From contig CAYWQL010000003.1 in NCBI GenBank assembly GCA_964460755.1, forward strand, positions 28,809-92,808: a DNA stretch of 64,000 nt, given 5' to 3'. A model generated the notes under the pieces. It was not told where the DNA came from. It made no database searches and saw only the letters and a program-made list of their open reading frames with translations. Both the position numbers and the translations under genes were made by a program. Source of the stretch: an uncultured Oscillospiraceae bacterium (lineage in GTDB: Bacteria; Bacillota; Clostridia; Oscillospirales; Ruminococcaceae). Below, piece after piece: positions 1 to 9,051 of the stretch (its first letter is position 1; every line of letters starts with the position of its first letter).

Positions 1-15
1 AAATAGGAGGAGCTT

Positions 16-696
16 ATGAAGCCATATGTAAAAAACCGCCGTACGGGGGTCGTCCAAAAAGCCGAAACACGCCGTCTGACCGAAGCCGACCTTTCCGAGG
101 TGCTTCGTGTACAAAAAAACTCGGTCGGCTCTCTTTCCGACGAAAGCGTCTATGTCGAGAGCGACCGGTCTGATTTCCTGAATATTTTGTCTCACGGCGA
201 AATGCACGGTCTTTTCGTCGGCGGTGAGCTGTGCGGCGTCGCAAGCTTTCTTCTGCCGCTTGACGCAGAGCTCGCCCGGGACATCGGAATAGAAGACGAC
301 CTTTTGTGCCGCGCCTTTGTGCTCGACAGCTGCTTCGTCGCCGCTGACTATCAAAACAACGGCATAGCCCGCGAGCTCATTCGCATATGCCAAAAACGGG
401 CGACGGAAAAATACGACGCGCTTTATCTTCTCGCAACCGTGTCTCCGAAGAATATTCCAAGCATTCTTGCCTTTATGTCCATAAACGGATTTCGCGTGCG
501 TGCTCTTAAGCAAAAATACGGATGCAAGCTGCGATATATTTTGTGCTGCGAGTACCACTCAAAAAAGCTGTACACAGTCTATGAAAGGCTTGAAATAACG
601 GACGTTTTCGGCATTTCAATGCGTCTTAGCGAGGGCTACGACGGTATAGCGACTTTTACGTCCGAAAAAAAAATTTACATATGGTTGGCAAAATAA
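16..696 (+). CDS. GNAT-family N-acetyltransferase
   Basis: 226-aa ORF with AGGAGG at 5-10. Contains an acetyl-CoA-site-like motif, FVAADYQNNGIARELI. The family call rests on motif recognition only. Confidence 0.65.
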   Translation: MKPYVKNRRTGVVQKAETRRLTEADLSEVLRVQKNSVGSLSDESVYVESDRSDFLNILSHGEMHGLFVGGELCGVASFLLPLDAELARDIGIEDDLLCRAFVLDSCFVAADYQNNGIARELIRICQKRATEKYDALYLLATVSPKNIPSILAFMSINGFRVRALKQKYGCKLRYILCCEYHSKKLYTVYERLEITDVFGISMRLSEGYDGIATFTSEKKIYIWLAK

Positions 697-764
697 CTTG
701 AAATTTTGTCAAAAACGTGGTAGTATATGTAAAAGCGACATATTTACGGATATTTTGCAGATTG

Positions 765-1283
765 TTACATCATCAGTATCGTGACTGTAACCGCAGACAT
801 AATAAAACCGACCAAATCTCCGACCACTGCGCTCGAAAGAGCGTGCCGGGTGTTTTTCACCGCCGTCACTCCGAAATAGAGCGCAAGGGTATAAAAAGTT
901 GTTTCGGTTGAGCCCTGCATAACCGAGGCGACCCTGCCTACGTAAGAGTCGGGGTGGTTCGACGAAAGAATATCCTTAAATATGGCAAGCGCCCCGGTTC
1001 CCGATATGGGTCGCATAAGCATAAGCGGAACAACCTCTTTCGGAAGCCGAGCAAGCCCGACTACAGGTTCAAGGAATGTGGACAAAAGGTCGAGTCCTCC
1101 GCTCGCTTTGAACATTCCCACAGCGAGGGTAATAGCAATCATTGTCGGCGCGATTTTAAGAGCGATTTTTAGCCCTCCGAACGCTCCCTCGATAAACGCC
1201 TCAAATATATCCGTTCCTTTGGCAAGTCCGTAGACGACGAAAACTCCAATCGTTATAGGAATAAGCAATTCACTGGGCTTCAT
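765..1283 (-). CDS. spmB: spore maturation protein B-like membrane protein (nucleoside-recognition domain)
   Basis: Polytopic membrane ORF. I moved the start to ATG 1283 (MKPSELL), which follows GAGGGA. It overlaps the upstream spmA-like gene by 14 nt, which is the typical spmA-spmB pairing. Confidence 0.65.
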   Translation of the reverse strand: MKPSELLIPITIGVFVVYGLAKGTDIFEAFIEGAFGGLKIALKIAPTMIAITLAVGMFKASGGLDLLSTFLEPVVGLARLPKEVVPLMLMRPISGTGALAIFKDILSSNHPDSYVGRVASVMQGSTETTFYTLALYFGVTAVKNTRHALSSAVVGDLVGFIMSAVTVTILMM

Positions 1284-1872
1284 TATTTTTCCCTCGTTTC
1301 CTTTTGGCAAGCAAAAACGCCGTTCCAACCGCGACGACGACCGAAACCGCCGAGCTCACCCACACGGGCACGATAATATCAAGTGGGTTTTCGCTCCCCA
1401 TAAGTCCGCGAAGGGTTGCGACCGTCGTCGGGAGAATTTGAAACGACGCGGTGTTTAGCACGACGAATATAACCATATAGTCGCTCGCGTACCTCGATTT
1501 TCCGTTGAGGCGGTCAAGCTCGCTCATAGCGTCGAGTGCCATAGGGGTCGCCGCCGAACCAAGCCCGAGAAGGTTCGCGGTTATATTAAGCGTAATAGAA
1601 TTTATCGCCTTCGGGCTTCGCTCGCGAAGTCCTTTAAACAGCAGATTCGTCAGTGGCGAAAGCGCCTTGCTTATCACGTCGCAAAAACCCGAACGTTCTG
1701 CAATTTTCATTATCCCGCTCCAGAGCGCAAGCGTACCGCAAAGTTGAAGGCAAAGCTCGGTCGCCGAAATTCCGCTCGAAAGCACCGCGCCCGTAAGCTC
1801 GCTTGCCCGCCCCAGAAAAAGCGCAAAAACAATCGCGAGCACAACGAGCGCGCCCATAACACAGCTCATCAT
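1270..1872 (-). CDS. spmA: spore maturation protein A-like membrane protein
   Basis: Polytopic membrane ORF. The start is placed at ATG 1872, preceded by GAGGTG (1879-1884). The longer ORF reaching 1920 has no SD. Confidence 0.65.
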   Translation of the reverse strand: MMSCVMGALVVLAIVFALFLGRASELTGAVLSSGISATELCLQLCGTLALWSGIMKIAERSGFCDVISKALSPLTNLLFKGLRERSPKAINSITLNITANLLGLGSAATPMALDAMSELDRLNGKSRYASDYMVIFVVLNTASFQILPTTVATLRGLMGSENPLDIIVPVWVSSAVSVVVAVGTAFLLAKRKRGKNNEAQ

Positions 1873-1938
1873 AACTATCACCTCATAAATAGATAGTAAA
1901 ATAAGTTGAGATTTATTCATTACAAGGAGAAAGAAATC

Positions 1939-2181
1939 ATGAAAACAAACGGCATCGTAAGAGAAATGGACAAACTTGGAAGAATCGTTATTCCAATCGA
2001 GCTTCGCAGAACGTTAGACATTGCGGTCGGCGACAGCGTTGAGATAACTTCACAAGGCGATAAGATTATTGTCACAAAGTTTGAGTCATCCTGCGTTTTC
2101 TGCAAGAGCACAAAAAACCTTTCCGATTTTGAAGGCAAGGTTCTCTGCAGCAGCTGCTTAGAAAAGCTTAAAACCCTCTAA
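1939..2181 (+). CDS. AbrB/SpoVT-family transition-state regulator with a C-terminal CxxC...CxxC tail
   Basis: The N-terminus MKTNGIVREMDKLGRIVIPIELRRTLDI closely matches the AbrB swapped-hairpin domain. AAGGAGA SD at 1924-1930. The C-terminus carries CVFC-x16-CSSC. Confidence 0.85.
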   Translation: MKTNGIVREMDKLGRIVIPIELRRTLDIAVGDSVEITSQGDKIIVTKFESSCVFCKSTKNLSDFEGKVLCSSCLEKLKTL

Positions 2182-2187
2182 AACGAC

Positions 2188-2220
2188 AAAAAAGCCTCGC
2201 TTATCGCGAGGCTTTTTTTG
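2188..2220. terminator. bidirectional intrinsic terminator (abrB-like / HAD)
   Basis: GCCTCGC-TTATC-GCGAGGC hairpin, flanked by an A-run upstream and a T7 run downstream. Confidence 0.8.
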
Positions 2221-2230
2221 TTGCGCTGTT

Positions 2231-3037
2231 TTACAGCTTAAAAATATCATTTATTGCCGAGCAAACGCCGAAATCGCGGCAATCAGGCGCGACAATATCC
2301 GCAACCGCCTTAAGCTCGTCGCTTGAATTCGCCATAGCGACGCCAAGCCCCGCGCGTCTTATCATTTCCTCGTCGTTCTTTCCGTCCCCCATAACCACCG
2401 TTTGGTCCCACGAAACGCCGAGCGCTTTTAAAACGAGGTCAAGCGAATTAACCTTATCGGTTTCTATTTTACATATATCAAAGCCGCTCTCGCTAAAAGG
2501 GATAAACCTCAAATCAGCCGCAAGGCGCGAAAACTCCCCGATAACCCTTTCGCTCGAAACAACGAAGCCTCCAAGAGGCAGCTCCCCGTCATTTCTTTCA
2601 GGCGCTGACTTTTCGCGAAAGCCCTCCATTTCAAAGGCGATTTTATATGGCTCATATTCCCGATAGATAAGCTTTTTTCGCTTATTCTCGTAAAAAATAT
2701 AGTAGCCGTCAAGATAGATAAGCTTAAGCTGTACGCCAAGCCGCTCGCTTGTCGCAAGAAGCTTATCAAGACTTTCCCTTGAAAAGCTGTTTTGAAAAAA
2801 CACTTCCCTGTCCTTGTTAAGAACACACGCTCCGTTTACGCAGACGATATAGTCATATTTGAGGCGTCCGAGAACGTCGCTCGACGTCCTGACAGGCCCG
2901 CGTCCCGTCGCGATAATTATTTTTACGCCCGTCTTTTTAAGTCGGTTTATCGCCTTCACCGTTTTATGGGGCACGCGCCTTCCGCCTCGCGGAAGCAGCG
3001 TGCCGTCGATATCAAAAACCGCCGCCTTATATTCCAT
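2231..3037 (-). CDS. Cof-type HAD-IIB family hydrolase (sugar phosphatase-like)
   Basis: Motifs FDIDGTLL at the N-terminus and GDGKNDEEM near the C-terminus. Length 268 aa. Confidence 0.8.
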   Translation of the reverse strand: MEYKAAVFDIDGTLLPRGGRRVPHKTVKAINRLKKTGVKIIIATGRGPVRTSSDVLGRLKYDYIVCVNGACVLNKDREVFFQNSFSRESLDKLLATSERLGVQLKLIYLDGYYIFYENKRKKLIYREYEPYKIAFEMEGFREKSAPERNDGELPLGGFVVSSERVIGEFSRLAADLRFIPFSESGFDICKIETDKVNSLDLVLKALGVSWDQTVVMGDGKNDEEMIRRAGLGVAMANSSDELKAVADIVAPDCRDFGVCSAINDIFKL

Positions 3038-3106
3038 TCGTGTTTTTCCCGTCCGTCGTATTTTTTCCCGTGCTTAACTTTAGTAGGATTATAACATAAA
3101 AATACA

Positions 3107-3135
3107 TTGCAAGCGAAAAAAATTAGTGATAAAAT
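3107..3135 (+). promoter_or_regulatory. sigma-A type promoter for nagB
   Basis: TTGCAA (3107-3112), 17-nt spacer, TAAAAT (3130-3135). Confidence 0.5.
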
Positions 3136-3187
3136 GTCTTTACTGCCCTTTGGGCTATTATTCCAAATTGAAAAACGGGAGAAGTCA

Positions 3188-3913
3188 ATGAAAGTAATAG
3201 TATGTGAGAATTACGACCAAGCGAGCGAAAAATGCGCCGAAATATTTGCCGAACAGCTAAAAGCCAAGCCCGACAGCATTTTGGGGCTTGCTACGGGTTC
3301 AACTCCGATAGGAACCTATAAGGCTCTTACAAAAAAGTACGAAAACGGCGAAATAAGCTTTAAAAGGGTTAAGGTTTTTAATCTTGACGAGTATTATGGA
3401 ATACCAAAGACCCACGACCAAAGCTATGCATACTTTATGAAGGATAACCTCTTTGACCATGTAGACATCGACCAAGCCAACTGCAACATCGAGGACGGTA
3501 TGGCGAAGGACTACGAGGCGGAGTGCAAAAGATACGACGACCTTCAGGCGGCGACCTGCGACGGGCTTGACGTCCAGCTTCTCGGAATCGGTCCGAACGG
3601 ACACGTCGGCTTTAACGAACCCGCCGATTTCTTTACCGCCGGAACCCACCGCGTCGAGCTTGAGGATTCTACAATCGAGGCTAACGCGCGATTCTTCGCA
3701 AGCAAAAGCGACGTCCCGACAAGCGCGCTTACCGTCGGTATGAAAACGATTATGAGCGCGAAGCACGTTGTACTTATCGCAACCGGCGCGGCGAAAATCT
3801 ACGCCGTAAACGCTATGCTCAACGGCCCTGTTACGCCGAAGGTTCCCGCTTCGATTTTACAGCTTCATCCAAACGTCACCGTTATCGTCGACAAAGCGGC
3901 TATGGGAAAATAA
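3188..3913 (+). CDS. nagB: glucosamine-6-phosphate deaminase
   Basis: MKVIVCENYDQASE..., LGLATGSTP and LLGIGPNGHVGFNEP motifs. 241 aa. The start was moved to ATG 3188, which follows GGGAGA. Confidence 0.9.
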   Translation: MKVIVCENYDQASEKCAEIFAEQLKAKPDSILGLATGSTPIGTYKALTKKYENGEISFKRVKVFNLDEYYGIPKTHDQSYAYFMKDNLFDHVDIDQANCNIEDGMAKDYEAECKRYDDLQAATCDGLDVQLLGIGPNGHVGFNEPADFFTAGTHRVELEDSTIEANARFFASKSDVPTSALTVGMKTIMSAKHVVLIATGAAKIYAVNAMLNGPVTPKVPASILQLHPNVTVIVDKAAMGK

Positions 3914-3924
3914 AAAAGCACATT

Positions 3925-3958
3925 AAAAAATCGCCTCACTTTTTGTGAGGCGATTTTC
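3925..3958. terminator. bidirectional intrinsic terminator
   Basis: TCGCCTCAC-TTTTT-GTGAGGCGA hairpin with an A-run before and a T-run after. Confidence 0.8.
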
Positions 3959-3968
3959 AATTTGTAAA

Positions 3969-4649
3969 CTAATCGTCAAGCAGACCTTTTTTGTAAAGTA
4001 TGCGTGAAACAACTATCGCGACTATCGCGCCAACGGGCACCATAACACCGACGAGCCCCTGCTCCGCGATAACGGGAAGCGCGATAAAAAGCACAAGCAT
4101 AAATATAAGCGGCGCCAAAGCAATCTTCCAGTTCTTCGAAACATAAACGACCGCCAGCGCACCGAAAAGCGCGGGAAGTATGTTGTCGAAGGCGGGCTGA
4201 AGCATATCCGACTCAAGGAAGGGTTTAATTTGTCCGAGAAGAAGAACGCCAAGCGCAATAATCGCCGTCGTAACCATAGCGGAAACCGCGATAGCGATTG
4301 AGGATATTACCTCTCCCTCCTCGCTGCCGGGTTCGACTCCCGCCGTTTCCATAGCGTTGAGCGCGCACGGAACCTTGAGGTTCGTAAGGTTTCCCGTGAC
4401 AAAGCCGAGGTAGCTCCCCGCCGTTCCCAGCATAGGCACATAGGTGAAAAATTCAATGATTCCTATCGTCCAGAAAATCGGAAGAACGCCAAGCAATCCT
4501 CTTAACACATCCAATATCTTCGGCCAAGCGTTATAGCGAATACAAATCGCCGTCGGAACCGCCAGCATCATAATAATCGCGAAAACCGTCCATACGCGAC
4601 CTACGGCGTGTATTGACTCGCGATAGCTTTTTTCTTTTATTTTATTCAT
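3969..4649 (-). CDS. uncharacterised polytopic membrane protein (partner of the DUF5058-like gene)
   Basis: 226-aa ORF with about 6 hydrophobic segments. GGGGGAA SD. Lies 13 nt downstream of the preceding membrane gene. Confidence 0.6.
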   Translation of the reverse strand: MNKIKEKSYRESIHAVGRVWTVFAIIMMLAVPTAICIRYNAWPKILDVLRGLLGVLPIFWTIGIIEFFTYVPMLGTAGSYLGFVTGNLTNLKVPCALNAMETAGVEPGSEEGEVISSIAIAVSAMVTTAIIALGVLLLGQIKPFLESDMLQPAFDNILPALFGALAVVYVSKNWKIALAPLIFMLVLFIALPVIAEQGLVGVMVPVGAIVAIVVSRILYKKGLLDD

Positions 4650-4662
4650 TTTATGTTCCCCC

Positions 4663-5400
4663 TTACGCCAAAGAATTAACGAGATTTGTTATCGGAATGG
4701 AAAGCGCCATACCGCCAAGAAGACTTATGGGAAGTGCGTAATCGGTTATCCAACGCGCTCCCGTCTTCTTTTGAATAAGGCCGCAAATTAACATAAGTAT
4801 TGCCGAAACAATAAGCACAAACACAGGAATCCAGCCGACAAGACCGCTTCTTATGTCGGCGAAGACCGAGCCTAAGAAGGCGGATATCATTCCGAGAAAG
4901 AGGCTAGCCATAAATATTTCGCCCCACCTTTGGTCTCTCGCCTTAATTTTTATAAGACCGTTTTCAAGCTTTTGGGCGAAAAACAAAACCAGCACAAGAC
5001 CGATTATTATGCCAATGGTCATAACCCACGCGATAGCCGTGAAGTTAGTTGCGTTCGTAATAAGGTTGGAAAGGCTCTCTCCAACCGCCTCAGATGCTGT
5101 TTTTGCCGCCGCCGTTTCATAGGTTATTGCGCCGATAACCGAAAGCCGAAGCCACGGAAAGGGAAAGCCAAGCGAGCGCGAAAGGGCGATTACGCCCAAA
5201 AGAATGGCGATAGCGGGTGCAATAGTGAAAATGCCTGCCGAAATGGCCGTGCTTTTCAGCTTTTCCTTGCTCATTCCGAGCTCCTTGCCGCGTTTTATCG
5301 CCCGAATAAGAAAATATATCGACTCGACGATAACAAAGGCGACTACGATAGCGACAATAGCGTACATAAAGCCGCTATTGGGACTAAAATTCATATCCAA
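4663..5400 (-). CDS. uncharacterised polytopic membrane protein (DUF5058-like, from memory)
   Basis: 245-aa hydrophobic ORF. The TTG at 5400 (SD GAGGAG 11 nt upstream) or the ATG at 5394 could be the start. Confidence 0.55.
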   Translation of the reverse strand: MDMNFSPNSGFMYAIVAIVVAFVIVESIYFLIRAIKRGKELGMSKEKLKSTAISAGIFTIAPAIAILLGVIALSRSLGFPFPWLRLSVIGAITYETAAAKTASEAVGESLSNLITNATNFTAIAWVMTIGIIIGLVLVLFFAQKLENGLIKIKARDQRWGEIFMASLFLGMISAFLGSVFADIRSGLVGWIPVFVLIVSAILMLICGLIQKKTGARWITDYALPISLLGGMALSIPITNLVNSLA

Positions 5401-5439
5401 CTTTAACTCAACTCCTCAACTGTTTTTAGTTTTAAAGTA

Positions 5440-5468
5440 ATTTTATCAGCATATTCCCGAGTTTTCAA
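5440..5468 (-). promoter_or_regulatory. sigma-A type promoter for the two-membrane-protein operon
   Basis: On the minus strand: TTGAAA (5468-5463), 17-nt spacer, TAAAAT (5445-5440). Confidence 0.55.
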
Positions 5469-5496
5469 TCGTTAAAAGCTTTATTGTGGTAAAGCG

Positions 5497-5526
5497 CAAA
5501 AAAATACCGCCCTTTTTGGCGGTATT
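5497..5526 (-). terminator. intrinsic terminator after pdxK
   Basis: ATACCGCC/GGCGGTAT hairpin followed on the minus strand by T6. Confidence 0.75.
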
Positions 5527-5536
5527 CACAATCAAT

Positions 5537-6385
5537 CTATCCTATTGTGTCGATTAACTCGCGAAGTCTATGCTCAAAGCGAACGCCGAAGCGAAAATCC
5601 GTATTCTCGTTCGCTGCCCCGTCGCCCGCGCATTTTGCCGTAAAATCCGCCGCGATAACCGCGCTTTTTTCAAGTCGGTTTCCCTTCACAAACGCAGAAA
5701 CCAAAACGCTTGCGAAGAGGTCGCCCGTTCCGTAAAAATTCGCCGCCGCATACGGGTTCGAATGACAAAACGTATCTCCCGTTTCACCGTTGAAGCCCAT
5801 AATCGCCATTTTATCCTTCTCAAAACGAAGTCCCGTTATAACCGCGCTTTTCGCGCCGCTCTCGCAAAGTCTCATCAACAATTCTTTAACATAAGCTTGG
5901 TCATAAGCCTGTCTATGCGGAACGCCGAGCATAAGCTCCGCCTCGGTCAGGTTCGGAATAATTATATCAGCCTTAGCGCAAAACGACGCCATAAGCGCGG
6001 GATATTCGTCATCATAGCCGCCGTAAAGCCTGCCGTTGTCCGCAAAGGCGGGGTCGACGATAACCGCCGCGCAGTTGGCTGCAAGGTCGTCGATAAGCCG
6101 CTCGGTCTGCTTAAGCTGTGCGCCGCTTCCAAGATACCCCGTATAAAACGCGTCAAAGCGAAGCCCAAGCTGTTTATATTGCTTTGCCGCGCTTTTCGTT
6201 ATATCAACGGTGCTTTGTACAGTCGCGCCGCTAAAGCCCGTATGTGTGGTAAGAAGCATACTCGGAACAAAACAGCACTCTATGCCAGCCGCCGAAACGA
6301 CCGGTATAGCCGTCAGCGCGGAGCACCGCCCGACAAAGGACAAATCCTGTACCATCAATATCCTTTTCTGTTCGTTTTCGCTCAT
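5537..6385 (-). CDS. pdxK: pyridoxal/pyridoxamine kinase (ribokinase superfamily)
   Basis: 282 aa. The N-terminus ILMVQDLSFVGRCSALTAIPVVSAAGIE is typical of PdxK/PdxY-type B6 salvage kinases. Confidence 0.75.
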   Translation of the reverse strand: MSENEQKRILMVQDLSFVGRCSALTAIPVVSAAGIECCFVPSMLLTTHTGFSGATVQSTVDITKSAAKQYKQLGLRFDAFYTGYLGSGAQLKQTERLIDDLAANCAAVIVDPAFADNGRLYGGYDDEYPALMASFCAKADIIIPNLTEAELMLGVPHRQAYDQAYVKELLMRLCESGAKSAVITGLRFEKDKMAIMGFNGETGDTFCHSNPYAAANFYGTGDLFASVLVSAFVKGNRLEKSAVIAADFTAKCAGDGAANENTDFRFGVRFEHRLRELIDTIG

Positions 6386-6453
6386 AAGCCCTTTCCTTCT
6401 TTTTGAAATCGTCTTTCCGCTTTAAGTGTATATACCGAAAAAGCTTTTGTCAA

Positions 6454-6481
6454 ACAAAAACGGGCGGATTTCTCCGCCCGA
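6454..6481 (-). terminator. intrinsic terminator after the ABC importer operon
   Basis: CGGGCGGA-NNNN-TCCGCCCG hairpin followed on the minus strand by TTTTTGTTT. Confidence 0.8.
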
Positions 6482-6485
6482 AGGG

Positions 6486-7226
6486 TCATTTTTTCATAAA
6501 CCGCGAAAGGAACTCCTTCGTTTGCTGTTCCTTCGGGTTTTTAAAGATTTCCGACGGCTTTCCGCTTTCGCAGATTACGCCGTTGTGCATAAATACCACC
6601 TTGCTCGAAACGTCGCGAGCGAACGCCATTTCGTGGGTTACGACTATCATCGTAAGTCCCTCCTTGGCAAGACTAATCATAACGTCAAGAACCTCGCCGA
6701 CCATCTGGGGGTCAAGTGCGCTCGTCGGCTCGTCGAAAAGAAGCACCTCGGGCTGCATAGCCAATGCTCGGGCTATCGCGACGCGCTGCTTTTGTCCGCC
6801 CGAAAGCTGGCTTGGCTTGGCGTTTATGTAGGGCGCCATACCGACCTTTTCGAGGTAATAAATCGCGTTATCCCGCGCCTGTTCCTTGTCGAGCTTAAGT
6901 ATCTTTCTCTGCCCGACTATGCAGTTGTCAAGGGCGTTGAGGTTGTTAAAAAGGTTAAAGCTCTGGAATACCATACCCACCTTGGAGCGATAGGCGGGAA
7001 TGTTGATTTTTTTATCGGTCACGCTGCTCCCGTGAAAAAGTATTTCGCCGCTCGTCGGGGTTTCAAGCAGATTAATACAGCGAAGCAGGGTCGATTTACC
7101 CGAACCCGAAACGCCGATTATACTTGTCACGTCGCCCTTATTGACGGAAAAATCTATATCCTTTAAAACCGTGTTGTCGCCGAACTTTTTGCAAAGATGA
7201 TTGACTTCAATAATGTTTTCGCTCAT
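6486..7226 (-). CDS. polar amino-acid ABC transporter ATP-binding protein (GlnQ/HisP type)
   Basis: Walker [10 protein letters not shown], signature LSGGQKQR and Walker [16 protein letters not shown] overlap with the permease gene. Confidence 0.9.
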   Translation of the reverse strand: MSENIIEVNHLCKKFGDNTVLKDIDFSVNKGDVTSIIGVSGSGKSTLLRCINLLETPTSGEILFHGSSVTDKKINIPAYRSKVGMVFQSFNLFNNLNALDNCIVGQRKILKLDKEQARDNAIYYLEKVGMAPYINAKPSQLSGGQKQRVAIARALAMQPEVLLFDEPTSALDPQMVGEVLDVMISLAKEGLTMIVVTHEMAFARDVSSKVVFMHNGVICESGKPSEIFKNPKEQQTKEFLSRFMKK

Positions 7227-8032
7227 TTTAACGTCTCCTTCTTCGGTTTTTCGATATAGTTTGTCATGCCGCTCGTGTGGGCAAGGGTGTCGGTTGTCGC
7301 AAGGTCGTAGTTTTCAGGCCCGTCCATTTTCTTCTCCATTTTGCGCAAAATCCAAGAGAAGAATACCGTCATTATAAGGTACATCGCCATTGTAATCGTA
7401 AAGGTTTCGAAGAAGAGATAGTATGTCCCCGCGACCGACTTTGAGGCGAAGAAGAGCTCGACCACGCCGATACAGGCGAGAACGCAGGTATCCTTTATGT
7501 TGATAATAAGGTTGTTTCCGATTTGGGGCATTATATTTCGAAGCGCCTGCGGAAGAATGACGTTTGTCATTGTCTGAACGTGGGTCATTCCGATTGCCTT
7601 GGCGCCCTCGGTCTGTCCTTTGTCTATGGAAAGTATTCCGCCTCTGACGGTTTCCGCCATATAAGCGCCGGTATTTATCGAAACAATAAAGAACGCGGCA
7701 AACTCTCTTGACATATCAATGTTGAACACTATCATCGCGCCGTAATAGATAAACATCGCTTGTACCATCATCGGCGTTCCGCGGAACACCTCGACATAAA
7801 TCGTGATAATGAAGTTGACGACCTTAAGTACAATTTTTTTGAAAAGCGAGTCGTTTTTTTCAATCGGAATTGTCTTGATTATTCCACACAGAAAACCGAT
7901 TATGCAGCCTATCGCCGTTCCGACGAAGGCAATCAAAAGTGTGCTGCCCGCGCCGCGAAGCATAGACTCGCCGTAGTTTTCGATAATATATCCTATTCTT
8001 TCGAGATATCCGCTCGGTAGATTAGTGCCCAT
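7223..8032 (-). CDS. polar amino-acid ABC transporter permease
   Basis: 269-aa membrane ORF with the EAA-loop-like sequence [23 protein letters not shown]. Confidence 0.85.
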   Translation of the reverse strand: MGTNLPSGYLERIGYIIENYGESMLRGAGSTLLIAFVGTAIGCIIGFLCGIIKTIPIEKNDSLFKKIVLKVVNFIITIYVEVFRGTPMMVQAMFIYYGAMIVFNIDMSREFAAFFIVSINTGAYMAETVRGGILSIDKGQTEGAKAIGMTHVQTMTNVILPQALRNIMPQIGNNLIINIKDTCVLACIGVVELFFASKSVAGTYYLFFETFTITMAMYLIMTVFFSWILRKMEKKMDGPENYDLATTDTLAHTSGMTNYIEKPKKETLK

Positions 8033-8115
8033 TTGTTTTATCCTTTCAAAACGGCTATGTCGGGGTACGGATAATCCGCCCCCGACGTCGTTAAATATGC
8101 GTTGGAAAATTCAGT

Positions 8116-8940
8116 TTACAGGTTTGCCGAAAGCTTGATAGCCTCGTTCATCATATCGACAAAATCCTCTTCGGTAAGACCGGAAAGAGCGTCGTTGAGA
8201 AGGTTAAGAAGCTCGGTGTTGCCCTTTTGAAGCGAAATGCCGATGTTGATTTCCTCTTCGGAAACAACAAAGTCCTCAGCCGAAAGGTCAATCATAACAA
8301 GGTCGGGGTTCGCCGCCATTGCGCCGAGAGCCGCAGGCTGGTCGCAAACGACGAGGTCGCATTTGCCCGAAGCGAGCATAACGAACATAGAAGGCACGTC
8401 CTCCTGCGCGGGAAGAATGTTCGCGTCCTTTATCTGGGGAAGGCATACGTCATACCAAACGGTGTTAATCTGCGAGGTGCAGGTCGCGCCCGCGAGGTCG
8501 GAAAGCGACTTGGCGTTAGCGTAGGCGCTGTCCTTGGTCGTAACGGCGTGGATAGAAGCATAGTAGTAGGGCGTGGTGAAATCAACCGTCTGAAGACGCT
8601 CGGACGTAATTGACTGTCCGGCTATAACGCAGTCGACCTTGCCGGCCTGAACGGCGAGGGGAAGCGAGTCCCAATCGGACTTTACGATTTCGACGTCATA
8701 GCCGATTTTGTCGGCTAAGTATTTCGCCATCATTACGTCGTAGCCGTAGGCATAGTCGGGGCTTCCCGAAATCTGAACAGCTCCGTTAGCGTCGCTCGAC
8801 TGCGTCCAGTTATAGGGCGCATAGCCACACTCCATAGCGACGGTTAAAACCTTGTCGTGAAGAACGTCTTTTTTCGCGCAGGCAGTAAAGCTGAGCGCTA
8901 AAACTAAAACCAAAACAAGTGCAATAATTCTTTTCATCAT
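8116..8940 (-). CDS. amino-acid ABC transporter substrate-binding lipoprotein (probably lysine)
   Basis: The start was moved to ATG 8940 (MMKRIIALVLVLVLALSFTAC, a lipoprotein signal) after AAAGAGGAAAA. The longer ORF reaching 9243 runs through the riboswitch. Confidence 0.8.
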   Translation of the reverse strand: MMKRIIALVLVLVLALSFTACAKKDVLHDKVLTVAMECGYAPYNWTQSSDANGAVQISGSPDYAYGYDVMMAKYLADKIGYDVEIVKSDWDSLPLAVQAGKVDCVIAGQSITSERLQTVDFTTPYYYASIHAVTTKDSAYANAKSLSDLAGATCTSQINTVWYDVCLPQIKDANILPAQEDVPSMFVMLASGKCDLVVCDQPAALGAMAANPDLVMIDLSAEDFVVSEEEINIGISLQKGNTELLNLLNDALSGLTEEDFVDMMNEAIKLSANL

Positions 8941-8963
8941 TTTTTCCTCTTTCTTTTTTGTGG

Positions 8964-9010
8964 ATAAAAAATACCGTGAACACCTCACGCTTAATGTGAA
9001 GGTTCCACGG
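8964..9010 (-). terminator. riboswitch expression-platform terminator
   Basis: On the minus strand: CCGTGGAACCTTCACA-loop-GTGAGGTGTTCACGG followed by TATTTTTTAT. It sits 24 nt before the SBP start codon. Confidence 0.75.
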
Positions 9011-9051
9011 CTTCGTATCTTTCTTAAAAAATAAGGAAAATAGTTGCTTGC

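Noticed and set aside
665-673. An A9 run inside the GNAT gene, and a T8 run at the degV start (39333-39340), as possible slippage sites.
   Set aside because: They encode ordinary Lys-rich stretches (EKKIY, MKKKV) in otherwise intact ORFs. There is no evidence of frameshifting.
5570-6406. A 278-aa plus-strand ORF antisense to pdxK.
   Set aside because: It is Arg/Lys/Ala-rich and low in complexity, has no SD, and is fully shadowed by a gene with clear homology. This is a typical antisense frame artefact.
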